Assembly (NCBI GenBank): GCA_024704765.1
Contig: JAKMXF010000343.1
Coordinates: forward strand, 806,001 to 870,000
From: Oopsacas minuta
Lineage: Eukaryota; Animalia; Porifera
DNA length: 64,000 nt
Direction of reading: 5' to 3'
Shown: positions 50,755 through 62,736 of the stretch, in pieces
Position numbering within the stretch: the stretch's first letter is position 1
How the letters are laid out: the number at the start of each line of letters is the position of its first letter
Made by a program: the position numbers and the translations under genes
Notes under the pieces: model-generated
Database searches by the model: none
What the model was told of the DNA's origin: nothing
Seen by the model: the letters and a program-made list of their open reading frames with translations, nothing else

Positions 50755-53302
50755 TATATGTTGAGTATCATTTGGCGATCTGAGCCTGTTTACTTTTCAC
50801 CAATTGGTCTATTTCTACAATCAAATTTGAAACACTGAGGCGAAGCAAATCATGTAGGTGTCCATCAGTCAATCGTGACTGAGTTTTGGATTTCACGATT
50901 TTCATTCTGGAAAGGTTTGTTCGCAAATATAAGTACTGCCGAATAAAGCAGCCATTCGCATGGCAAGGGCACAAACATTCGGGAAAATACTTGAAGGCAG
51001 AGTATGATAAAATTGCAGTGCGAACAACTCTCTAAGTTTTTACCTAAGATCGTTATTTGACTGCAGATCTATGATTTCTAATTGCAGATCCTCCCAAAGT
51101 CCCTCCACATCAACAATAAATGGATCTGCAAACATTAAAATATCCTTTGAGTATGCATAAAAATCTTCAAATCGTCGTTTGAACTGTTCTTTGAGTGATT
51201 CAATGGCAATCTTTGCCCATGATTCGGGAAATGGTATGGTAACTGATACATCATTCTTGACAATTGGCATAGTTTAAAAAGCGTCAAATTGCTTGTTGAA
51301 AGTTCTTTTTCAAAAAGGCATAATTTTGAATCAAAGGATTTAACGTCATAAAACATTTGATTGACTAGCTTCCCTTTCCCCTGAAGCCGTAAGTTGAGAT
51401 CATTAAGGTGCTGTGTGACATCCGCTAGAAATGCAAGCTGCCATACCCATTTGCCATCAGACAGTTCACCTACTGGACGCCCCTTTGTAGTCATGAAATA
51501 ATCTCTTTCTTTACGTAGCTCAAAGAATCGCTTCAAACTTTACCACGGCTAAGCCAACGTACTTCACTGTGGTAGATTACATCGTCATAATCTGTGTCTA
51601 CCTCCTTCGAAAAACTCTGAAATTGACGATGGTTCAGAGCATGTGCACGGATATAATTTACTGTTTTAAATACTGTCTTCATCACACAGTCCAAGTCAAG
51701 TGATTTTGCACAAAGCGCTTGTTGGTGAATGAGACAGTGAAGGGCGATGGGAAAATTCGTACCAACATCCTCCATATGATTATTTATTCGTCCAATTAAT
51801 CCAATCTTCCTTCCAACCATACTTTTGGCCCCATCTGTTGTAATGGATGTGAGTTTCTTCCAATCTAGATTCAGGGATCGTAATGTTTCATGAAGTTTTT
51901 CGAAAACATCATGTCCTGTTGTAGTCCCTTTCAAGCTATGTAGAGCAGCTAATTCTTCAGTTATATGGAAGTCTTTGTCAATACCACGTATAAAAACTAG
52001 AAGTTGACTTGTATCACTCACATCACAACTTTCGTCTAACCCAATTGAAAAACGTTCAAATTTATCTTTAACGTTCAACAACTGTGATCGTAGATTGTCA
52101 CTTATTTCTTCCATACGTCGTGTAACAATGCTAGCAGACAAACTTACAGCCTCGAACAAATTCATTTTGTCAGGACATATACAATCCACCACTTTGAGTA
52201 AGCATTTTTCAACATATTCGCCATCGCAAAACGGTTTACTACTTTGTGCAATAATCTGTGACACATAATATGTCGCAAAAATAGTGGCAGAATCTTCATT
52301 CACTTTCTTTTTGAATAAGTTCATTTGAGATAATCGATTCCTTTTTAAATATTCGAGTTTGTCTAAGAAAGAAAATTGATAAAACATTGTACTTTAAACT
52401 AAAACACTCAGAGTAGAGAGGGAAAGTCGGTTATAATATATTGCACTCAGACATTAAGTTACTACTTTACTATGTACTAATTCCACGCTAGAAGCGGTGC
52501 ACATTTATCCGATATCTACTACAGGGGCGGTGCACACTGAAAGGTCAGACAAGCATGAACAAAAACATTTGAACTGTTTCCGCTACCTCTGTACTGATAA
52601 AATGTGTTGTAATATTACCTGCACGTAGGTTTTCTGTAAATTGCTCGTAATCTACTTTAAGCTTTGTATCGTAATGCTTACGAATGTTACGCTCTTTAAA
52701 AACCGAAATTGCCTCATTGCAAATCAAACAAGACACTTTTATCTCTATTTTGTATACAAAAATAAGTTTCTGTCCATCTATCTTTAAATCCTCGATGTTC
52801 TTCCTCGATTTTTCACTTTTTCGGGATTGACATTCTATATTTGTACTTTCTAAATTTTGTGGAATCAGAAAATTGATAGCAATTAGATATAAATATGAAA
52901 TTGAAAGAACAGAATCCTTTCTAATAAGTTTTAGGCTTCTAATATGATATTGTCAGCTTAAAAGCGTCGAAAACAAATAATTATTTCTATCAGTCAACTA
53001 TAGATTAGCTTCCAACAAAAGTGTAAATGGACGAAGAGCTAAATATTTCAATTGGCCAATATTCTTTGGCGGGACGCATATTAGGCTTTTGCGGGCTGCA
53101 GTTTGGGGACCCCTGGTATAGGGGGTGGCCGTTAGGCAGGTTTGGTAGTATACACACATACCCACAGATTAAATGTGTTCAAATAGCTTTTGAGTCGTAT
53201 TGCTTCAAGTTCTGTTTACCTAAATTTGTCCTCCGAAAAATGAATTTATGAATTTATGAATTTAGCGCATTATTTGGACTGTAGCATCTCTTTGATATAC
53301 AT

Positions 53303-56300
53303 TAGGCCGGATCGAGAAAAGTATAAATCGTCGGTTCAACTTCTACCTATGGGAATTGTTGCCTTTACCATTTTCTAGGAAAATGCGAGACTTAAATTTG
53401 AAAAATATTTCGATTTGACCCTTGCGGTTTTATATTTTTGCTGTGTCACTTTCGAAAATTGATTTTATATTGTCCGAATTTTCAAATTCCTTTGACTTAG
53501 CCCCTTTATATATATTATTTGGTAATAGTAAGTCGCATATTTGCTATTGAATGGTATATTAATCGAATTTCTATGTCCAAGGATACTTAAGTTATCAAGA
53601 TTTCTTTTGCATATTCTATCATACCCCAATATTATTACCCACCCCCCTTTTTTCCGATTATTTGAAAATTATTAGCTTTTTTATCTATCGTGGTATATGA
53701 TTCAATTATGTTATATCAAGTATATTTAACATGCATAATCTTTCTTTGACTCAAATGCGGGCATTTTTTCTCTTGATGTTAGGGTTGAAAGAATTAATCC
53801 ATGTCTCGCATCTTCTCCTGTTACTGAACACGAACTTTTAGTGACTAATTGAATAGTTCTTTCAACAGCTTGTGTATGATATGGATATGCTTGAATTTCT
53901 AGTGGAGTACGTACACAATTAATTAGTACTTCTTTTGAGAGGTATCTTGTAAAAGCGGTTCTGTGATAAAAGAGGTTTCCCAATCAATCATATCCACATA
54001 TGTTTCAGCAGTGAACCTAATTGAAGGAAGATTAAATGGGCGAATTTCAATCGGTCTAAATGATGAACTGTTAATTCGGATATCTAAAATAGTCTTCACT
54101 GCCTTTTGTCTAATTTGTTCATCATTATCTGCAAGCATCGATAACAGGAGATTTTCTGGATGACAAAAATATGAGTTTCTCTGTATCACATCGCAAATTA
54201 CTTCTTGGTCAGACTCCGGTAGATCTGGTAGCAAAGATATCGCAAAAAACATATTTTTAGGTCCATCTGTGCAAATCGGGTTACTCTTGATTCTAAACCA
54301 AACTGGTGCATAATAATTGACAATAAAATTGACAAGTCGGGATAATTCAGGTGTGGGATGTATCGTAGAAATGTACGACCTAAGTAATCTGTTGACCAGT
54401 GTTGTCCATCTAGCATGATGTATAGGACCAGGTTGCATCGATGCCAGTTCAGATGAGCAAATACCAGTCTGAACTGCATGGCAGATATTATATAGATATT
54501 TCTGATCTTTATTTAAATTCTTGAGACTATCGTAATCAATAAGTTGAGTTTTACCGCATAAAGGATGATACGCTGCAATTGGTTTGCAAGTAAAATCACA
54601 ATTAAGTTCTTTACCAATTACTCCTTTAAAAGAATTGGGTCCACTGGTTTTTCCATCTATTATTTGAAAGAGATGCCTCAATGGAAGTTCATTACCATGT
54701 AATTGGCAAATAAACCAGTGGAGTGGTTTTGCGAACTCTAGTTCAAGTAATCTAATACACCCATTGTAGATTCCAGTGTTAACACGAGCTCCATCAGCTC
54801 CAACCGCCATTAAATTTGAATTACGCTCCCTGCAAAGATCAGTCAATTCCTTTGCTATATCTTTGGCTTTACCAGAACTTGGTGTTATATGGCCAACATA
54901 CTGATTCTCCGGTTCAGATAAGACAGTATAATGTTCTTCATTTGCAGTATCCTGATGCAAATGTCCATCTTCTCTTTCTACCAGTACTCGAGTTTTGATC
55001 TTTACGGCCATCAAAATATGTTGCAGATATATCATTGATAGTTTCGTGAGCCTCATTAGCCAATTCCTTTCTCACAGAGAATCTAGATCTATGGAGTTTG
55101 TTTCTATCAATAATTTGACTATCTTCTTCCTGTGTGATACTACCGTAATCTTGCAGTACTGCGTTAGCTATAGCTGCGCCTGCCCGATCGCTAATTTGAT
55201 ATCTATCACACATTATGGCTAAATTTCGTAATTGATTATGATTACGTGTATACTTGTGAGTATTAGATATGCTCGAGTCAAAAGATTCAAACTCTTCAAA
55301 GTCACATTCTATAAATTCTTGCGAAGGTTGAACTGCATGTAATCTCTTCATTTCCCTTTCTTCTCTTTCATATTGTGCCTCTTTTCTTTTTTGTTTAACA
55401 AAATTTTTAGAGGTTGTCATGCAGTCCAAGCTGGATATAAATAATTTTCGAGCGTTTCGCTGATCAAAGAGAAATGGCCACTCACGGCGTGGTATCTTTT
55501 TATCGAGAGAGCAAAAACATTTACCTTCCTGAATTAGGCATTTGCAACTTGAGACATCGAACAAGACATTGAATTCGGAAATAATAGGCTGTATACGGTC
55601 AGGTTGTTGCTTGTTTTGGATACTTTTTCCATAGTATTTAGCTCTCTCAATAATATCAGAATTGATGTACTGTTTTATTTTGAGTTCTGATATAGTGGGT
55701 ATGGAAGCCAAATTATAGATACGCACTAATACTTCAGTTAGTTCTTTCGCTATATCATCTCTAGTTGATTTAGAATCTTCATTTCTAAGCATTCTATAAT
55801 GATTGTATAGATCTAGTTTTGTTGGAATTTGATTTTCTGGAATGGGTCCTGGATAGCCAAAAATAGGATGAAATACTTTACTACGCGTGTTTTCTGCCAT
55901 TTCAAAAATAAATATATTTTAGGAATATGATCACTCAATAATATGAATGATTTGATCGAGCATTGATATAGATACTATAATTGACCATAAATTCCATGCT
56001 AGATAAATGGTAACTAAGTTAGAACAAGAGATAAGGAATGTTGGCAAAATTTCTTTGTGGTAACCTATTGAGGAATTTGGATCTAGATAAAGAAATATAC
56101 TAAGTTTGGTGATTATATAGCTAGTTTTACTAAGAATATAGAATTTTCAAATAATCGGAAAAAAGGGGGGTAATAATATTAGGGTATGATAGAATATGCA
56201 AAAGAAATCTTGATAACTTAAGTATCCTTGGACATAGAAATTCGATTAATATACCATTCAATAGCAAATATGCGACTTACTATTACCAAATAATATATAT

Positions 56301-56505
56301 AAAGGGGCTAAGTCAAAGGAATTTGAAAATTCGGACAATATAAAATCAATTTTCGAAAGTGACACAGCAAAAATATAAAACCGCAAGGGTCAAATCGAAA
56401 TATTTTTCAAATTTAAGTCTCGCATTTTCCTAGAAAATGGTAAAGGCAACTTTTCCCATAGGTAGAAGTTGAACCGACGATTTATACTTTTCTCGATCCG
56501 GCCTA
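53303..56505 (-). mobile_element. Long-TIR hAT-like (hATm-type) transposon, two frameshifts
   Basis: TAGG termini, about 365-bp nearly identical TIRs, and 8-bp duplication ATATACAT (53295-302, 56506-13). ORFs 55900-54938, 55056-53923 and 53983-53726 carry YFDGRKD, GADGARVNTG, CQLHGNELPLRH (CxxH) and HTQAVER. The subgroup name is from memory. Confidence 0.78.
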
Positions 56506-57127
56506 ATATACATATACATATTGAATATAGTAAGATGTGCATATAGAATATACAGATAGCTATATACAAGATACTAATAACCCAAATTTAGCAAAGTCCC
56601 AGATCCTCATAGAGCAACACAGATATATATTCTTGACAACATATGGAAGGGGTTACAACGATTGAGTTATATAACACTTGAGAAAAGATGTATACCGCAT
56701 AGTAACAAGGAAAATACTAATCCATAAATAATTTGTCCATCACTGAACTTAAAATGAATTCATTAGACACATTATTTCCCAAGTTTCATCAATTTATAGG
56801 TTTGATGTAGATTTAGCTAAAATTATTCTTCTGGTGTATTATTGACCCAGGGTCATTGGTAGGGGCGTCACAATGATCACAATTGTGACAAGACCCGGGT
56901 CATAAAGGGTCCAGTGTCAGCTTAATTCATAACGAATTTCAAAATAATGTGGCCAAACTGTGCGGAATGTCGTGCATACCAATCCAGTCATTCAAACCTC
57001 TCCTTAGTTATAAACTGACAATTTGACGGAGACAAGGACTAATCAAGCAGTACGTCCTGCCTTAACTCATTCAACCTAGACCTTGCATTTTCATCTTGGA
57101 TTGCTGTCGCATAAAACTTGGTAACTA

Positions 57128-59597
57128 CACAGGGCTGCATAAATATATATTTCAGTACACAATCTAAGTCATCCAATTTTTCTAATACAACTTTTCGTGC
57201 TGAGTTTGAAAACGCATCCATTTATGGCCATCACGTCAGGATTTTATAGTATAGAACAAGGCTTGTATTCGAATAGTCATTTTAACATCAATATATATGG
57301 TTAAATAAAATGTTCCCAACCTCAAATTTTCATGTGTAAATATGCTTAAATAATATATTTCTTGTTCACTACATACTTCTACATATGAAAGGACATATAC
57401 CATGTGTTATTCTATAAATTTTCTTAAGAACCTAGATTAGGACTCCAAGAACTTCCTTTTATGAGATTTTCTCGCGTAATGTATGCCACACAATCTCGCT
57501 TCAGGCTCCAACAGTAGTCCGCCCTCATTTTAATGTCATACCTTCCTTGGTAACGCTCTTCCATCATTTGAACGTCCTGATGAAACAGTTCACCCTGCTC
57601 ATCCGATATGTCTCCAAGGTTTGTTGGGAAGTCATCCAAGTGGCTATGTAAAAAATGAATTTTGATGCTCATATTACATCCCAACTTATGAAAGCTTTCG
57701 AGCAAACGATTGATTAAATTCACATAATTATAGTCTCTTATATTTCCTAAGAAGCCTTACACAACCGATACAAAGGCTTGCTATGTACTCAGTATTCAAC
57801 ATATGAGCAGTGAAATTGGGATTTTTCATCAATTTTGGGATGTCTGGCCCATTAAAGATACCAGATTTGACTTTTTCATCGCTCAGCCGGTGGAATCGTG
57901 AGCCAAGGTATTTAAAACAATCCCTATCCCTGTTAAGAGCTCTTACGAATTGCTTAATTAACCCGAGTTTAATATGCAAAGGTGGAAAACAATCTTTTCC
58001 CGACCAGTGCTTCGTTGATCACATTAGCACAACCAACAATTAAATTTTCTCTTTTTGGCCACTCCTTTCTGATCCAATGTTCATTCTTCGCTCTACTATC
58101 CCACATACACAAAGAACAAGGATATTTTGTGTACCCACTTTGTTGCCCGAGAAGGAAGCAAAGCATTTTTAGATCTAGACAAGATGATCCACTTATGAAA
58201 ATCGTATCTAATTAATTGTAAAACCAGATTGGCATTTTCATATTTTTCACTTAATGTAACAGAATGAACAAGGGATATTGAGCCAAACTGATTGCCATTG
58301 TGAAGTAAACAACTTTTAAACTCCTTTTTGAGCAATCAATAAAAAGTCTCCATTCATTAGCATCATATGTTTTCAGACCAAGTTCTTTTAACAGGCCCTC
58401 AATGTCACGACAGTAAACACAATTTTCACGTTGAGCAAAAGATCGTAAGAACTCCTGTTCTCTATGACGATAATATGAAATCCTAGTGTATGGACCCAAC
58501 AAATTCTTTTGATTAAGCCTAGATGCTAGTAGTTTGGAAGCAGCTTTTGACAAACCAGATCACGAACCAAGTCATTTAACTCTTCTTGGTTAAATGTTTG
58601 CAGTGGTTTAGATTTGATAAATTCTTCATCTCTACTCTCATCAGGCGACTCCACATCATCAATTTTCTGGTTCTGGATAAGGTAAAAATTGATGACAATC
58701 AGTAATTACAGGTCCAAGTTCAGGATTTTTCCAAATGAAACCGGAATTTCATCACTATTTTGAACCGGCCTTATTGCGGAAGGTATAGAGGGATACTGTA
58801 TTCTTTATTTGTTCCTTCTGATTGAAACCTAGTGTTTTGACCATACAGAAGTAGCAATCATCAAAATGATTTGTCGGTTCTCTCCATATCATAGGAATTC
58901 CAAATTGCATTGACATTAGTTTGCTACGTGACCAGTTAATAAATTCATCAAGCATTTCTGAAAACTATATGTGGTGACCACTCTTTGTCTTGGTCGCCCA
59001 ATTGCATCCCAAAATATGCATGGTATAAATTGCGTACTACATCATCTATCACCCGTTTCTGTGTTGGAAATGTTAGCTCTCCACAAATAGAGCAGAAAAT
59101 ATTGGGATCATTAGAACATTTCCTCCTTGAAGATGCCATAAAACAATTCGCTAAAATACAAATAAGTGTTAATATCTTACTATAACTCTCTCTATACATA
59201 GTGACTATAAGCCTACTAAATAGCATGCATAAGAATAACACTATTCTATTAATATCTCAGCTAAAGTTAGGATTCCTTATACTATGAATGAAATTTCCAC
59301 GATAAAATGTGCCTGACTCCGAATAAACAGAGTTTTGGAACACCCAAATATCTAGTAATAGAAAACACAATAGCAAGGAATATGATGTGTTCTAGAAACA
59401 CCGTTAAACAACAAATCACATAATTAAAACTTGGGAAGACTAGGCCTAGATGAAACTGCGCCAAAAATTACGAAACATCAACATCAAAAAATCTGGACGT
59501 GATGGGCACAAATGAATGGCGTTTTTGGCCTCAGAGGCTAAAAGTTAGTTAGAAATAATCAATGGGATAGTTTGTGTAAAAATACTATTGCCCAGTG
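57128..59597 (-). mobile_element. Chapaev3-like transposon, defective
   Basis: CACTGGGC / CACAGGGC termini with about 120-bp imperfect TIRs and a 3-bp CTA duplication (57125-27, 59598-600). Motifs CSNDPNIFCSICGE, PMIWREPTNHFDDCYFC, GQQSGYTKYPC, HIKLGLIKQFV and FHQD. Confidence 0.82.
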
Positions 59598-60768
59598 CTA
59601 TATGTCAGGCTAGATAGCTAAAGTTTCAAGGACACCCGAAACAAGACAGGGCCAGTACGCATTGTCGACGGCTCTGTATTGATCCATAATTATAAAATCG
59701 GAACAAGTGCCTGGGATTACGTCATAGGTAAATTCGCAGATATGTTATAGAAAATGCAATTGTATATTGAAATCTAAGTTGTCTATTTATACATGTGAAA
59801 ACTACATGATGCTTATTCCAAATTTTATGTGATTGGCTTAGTCCAGATTTCTCTATAATTGCTATTTTTCAACACTGTGTAGTATTGTTATCAGCATTTG
59901 CAAATATTTGCTGTTACTTAGATATTTATAGTAAAAATTTCTAAATATTGTAATAATGCTGTTTTACTTGGGTGATCGAATAAGCTGATTTCGAATTTAG
60001 CGCTTTAAATACCTTACATTTAAGAAATTATTGTTCATATAAAGTAATTCGATGCACGAAGTGCCAAGGTATATGCGAACACAGAGTGTTCGCAAGCTGC
60101 AAGGTGAGAGCAAATGAAGTGGCTAGTAATTATACATATTAGAAAGCACCAGTTACCCTGTTGTTTGAAAACAGAAATACTATTAAGACCAAATTATGAC
60201 GCATTTGTCACTAGTAAATCGAATAAGCACATCAATCTAGTATGGTGTGGCGGACAAAATTAAAATGAATTCGATAGCAAACCAGTAAATTTGAATAGGT
60301 TGAAAGAATTGGTACGATCAACTTTAATGAATTGAAAGATTTGGATCCAAGAAAAATGACTTGGTAAACCAGCACTGAGTTTTGTTGTAAATTCGAATAA
60401 ATTGCATCTCCGTAGCAAAATTACAAAAATTAGCCTATCGATCTGAAGTTATAAATGCATTATCTCAGCATTGTCAGTCATAAATAGTAGACATTAGTAA
60501 AAGAGTAATCGAAAGTTAGCAAATACATAGGATGCAAATCGGTTATTGGACAGTAGGTAACGGCAATGAGACAAATATATCTCGTAATGCCTTTTGGTGA
60601 TTAATCATAATTTCACACCTTTCTATCTCAAAAGATTGCTCGAGAATAGGTTTCAACATTTTGTAATGGGTAATTGGGTGCGTAGAGTCCAAGATCTTCA
60701 GAGCCTAATAGCAACAAATTCACATATTAATCACTCGATTAATCATATTTTTAATCCTTTTAAAGTTA

Positions 60769-62073
60769 CGAGGGGCACTCGAAAAGTTTTGTCGTTTATA
60801 TACTTAAATAATAGGTATTACATATTATATGGTCACATTTTTCAAAATACTCGCCCTAACACTCTATACACCTTTTCATGCGTTTAAACCCGGTATCAAA
60901 GCACTTTTCCATTCTTCTTTAGGTATCTCCACAATTGCTAAGAAAAGTGCCCGGGCAACTCTTCATTGCTGAAAAATCTCCTCCCACGAAGTTGATCTTT
61001 CAACTTTGGGAATAACCAAAAATCGCAAGGGGGTAGATCTAGACTGTAGGGTGGGTGGGGTAGCGTTCCGATCCTATAATTCCCTAAAAATTCACGAGTT
61101 CTTAGTGCTGTATGCGATGAAGCATTATCGTGGTGAAGCAGGATTCCTCGGACACCTGACTTCTCACGTTGTTTTTCGATAGCACTGAATACTTTCGGAA
61201 GACATAGTGTGGTATACCAATCAGCGGTGACTGTCTCCCTATCCTCAAATGCAATTCTTTCAACAAATCCATTACGTCTAAAGAAAATCACCCACATCTG
61301 CTTTCGACTGATCTAATTCTCCGGACCTTTGTTGGAGGTAAACCACCTTCTTCGACCCACTCCTTAGAATGTCTCTTCGTTTCTAGATCATAGTGGTATA
61401 TCCATGTCTCATCGCCTGTGAGTATTTCAGAAACAGCTCTAGAAGTTCCATTAACAAATCTTTTAAGCATAATTTTGCAAAAGTCCACTCGGCACTTTTT
61501 CTGATCGGACGACAAAGAATGCGGGATCCAACGTGCACATAACTTTCTAAGACCGAGCTCTTTATGTAAGATGACGTTTATACTCCCCGATGACAATTTG
61601 GTTTCATGTTCTAACTGAGCGTAAGTAACATGAGGGTCTTTTGTTACTTCGTCCAACACCAGCTCTACATTTTCGACCGTGTGTGTAATACTGGGCCTAC
61701 CAGGACGGGGACCATCTTCAAGAATACAATTTCCATGCATAAACTCTGAGTACCATCGCTCTACTGTTCTCAAACAAGGAGCTATATTTGGGAAGCGCTT
61801 CTGCAAAGTTTAGTGTATTTCCAAACGGCTTTTCTCAAGTTTGAACAAAATTAAAATCATCGCTCTAAAATCGCGTTTTGTGAGGTCAGATTCTGGTTGA
61901 GGAATCATACAAGCTATAGCTTTTAGAAATCAAGCAATTCGAAAAGTACAAAAGATAAACTGATGAAATTTGTTGTGACGTAAATAATATGCGTCTAAAT
62001 ATATATAAAATAATTTTATTAGAAAATACTTGTGGTTTAATAACAAACGACAAAACTTTTCGAGTGCCCTTCG
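60769..62073 (-). mobile_element. mariner (DD34D) transposon, defective
   Basis: 29-bp TIRs CGA(G/A)GGGCACTCGAAAAGTTTTGTCGTTT with TA duplication. Motifs WIPHSL, TGDETW and HHDNASSH..HPPYS.DL.PCDF. Confidence 0.92.
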
Positions 62074-62708
62074 TATTTCAAAAGGATGCTAGAAATTTGG
62101 TTTCACCAACAGGTAAGGGTAATTTAAGTATTATTTACCAATTGTTACATTTTCAAAATCTGTATCTATCCTAATAATCATATTTAATTACTTTATGAGA
62201 AAAATTTGGAAAAAATAGGACTCAGATGCCCGAGCAGCTAACCAAGTCTGTCAGCTGGACATTATTGCTTATGAAAACATAGGAAGGCTATGGATATTCA
62301 TTGTTACTAATCATATTTATTGATTTTCCCAATTGTAAACTATATAGCATATCCACAAAATTCTCTCTAACGGTCGGTAACGAAGTACTCTCAACCAATT
62401 TATGAGAGTAGCTTGCCTTGACAAAACTGTTTACGTTCATCAATTATCTTTCTACATATCAAATTATGAGAATTTTTCATTAAATAATGGAATATCAGGT
62501 TAAATGTAGAAAAAATAGGTCAAATCGGGATATTATAACTACTGACGGTACTAGAGTCGGGATAATGTAACAAAATAGGGAGAATCTCGACAAAGTCTGC
62601 TGGATTGGGTGCTATGCTCTTATAACTTATTCAGTATTCAAATTCACAAGAGAATTATACAAGCAGGCTTTCATGCAGAAAATCGAGTAAGCTAGATAGC
62701 AACGTTGA

Positions 62709-62736
62709 ACACTGACTAGGGATCCCTAGTCAGTGT
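62709..62736. repeat. Perfect 28-bp palindrome
   Basis: ACACTGACTAGGGA|TCCCTAGTCAGTGT. Confidence 0.9.

Larger units (their letters stand above)
49200..53115 (-). mobile_element. hAT transposon, SPIN/GTF2IRD2-like, copy 2 (inverted duplicate of 46299-48843, interrupted by Tc1)
   Basis: All five ORF-track translations (63, 284, 133, 76 and 68 aa) are identical to copy 1. TIRs CAGGGGTCCCCAA at both ends. Confidence 0.92.

Noticed and set aside
446-62174. The many 60-110 aa ORFs in the track outside the features listed
   Set aside because: Most are antisense or off-frame shadows of transposase relics, or AT-rich chance ORFs without splice or homology support.
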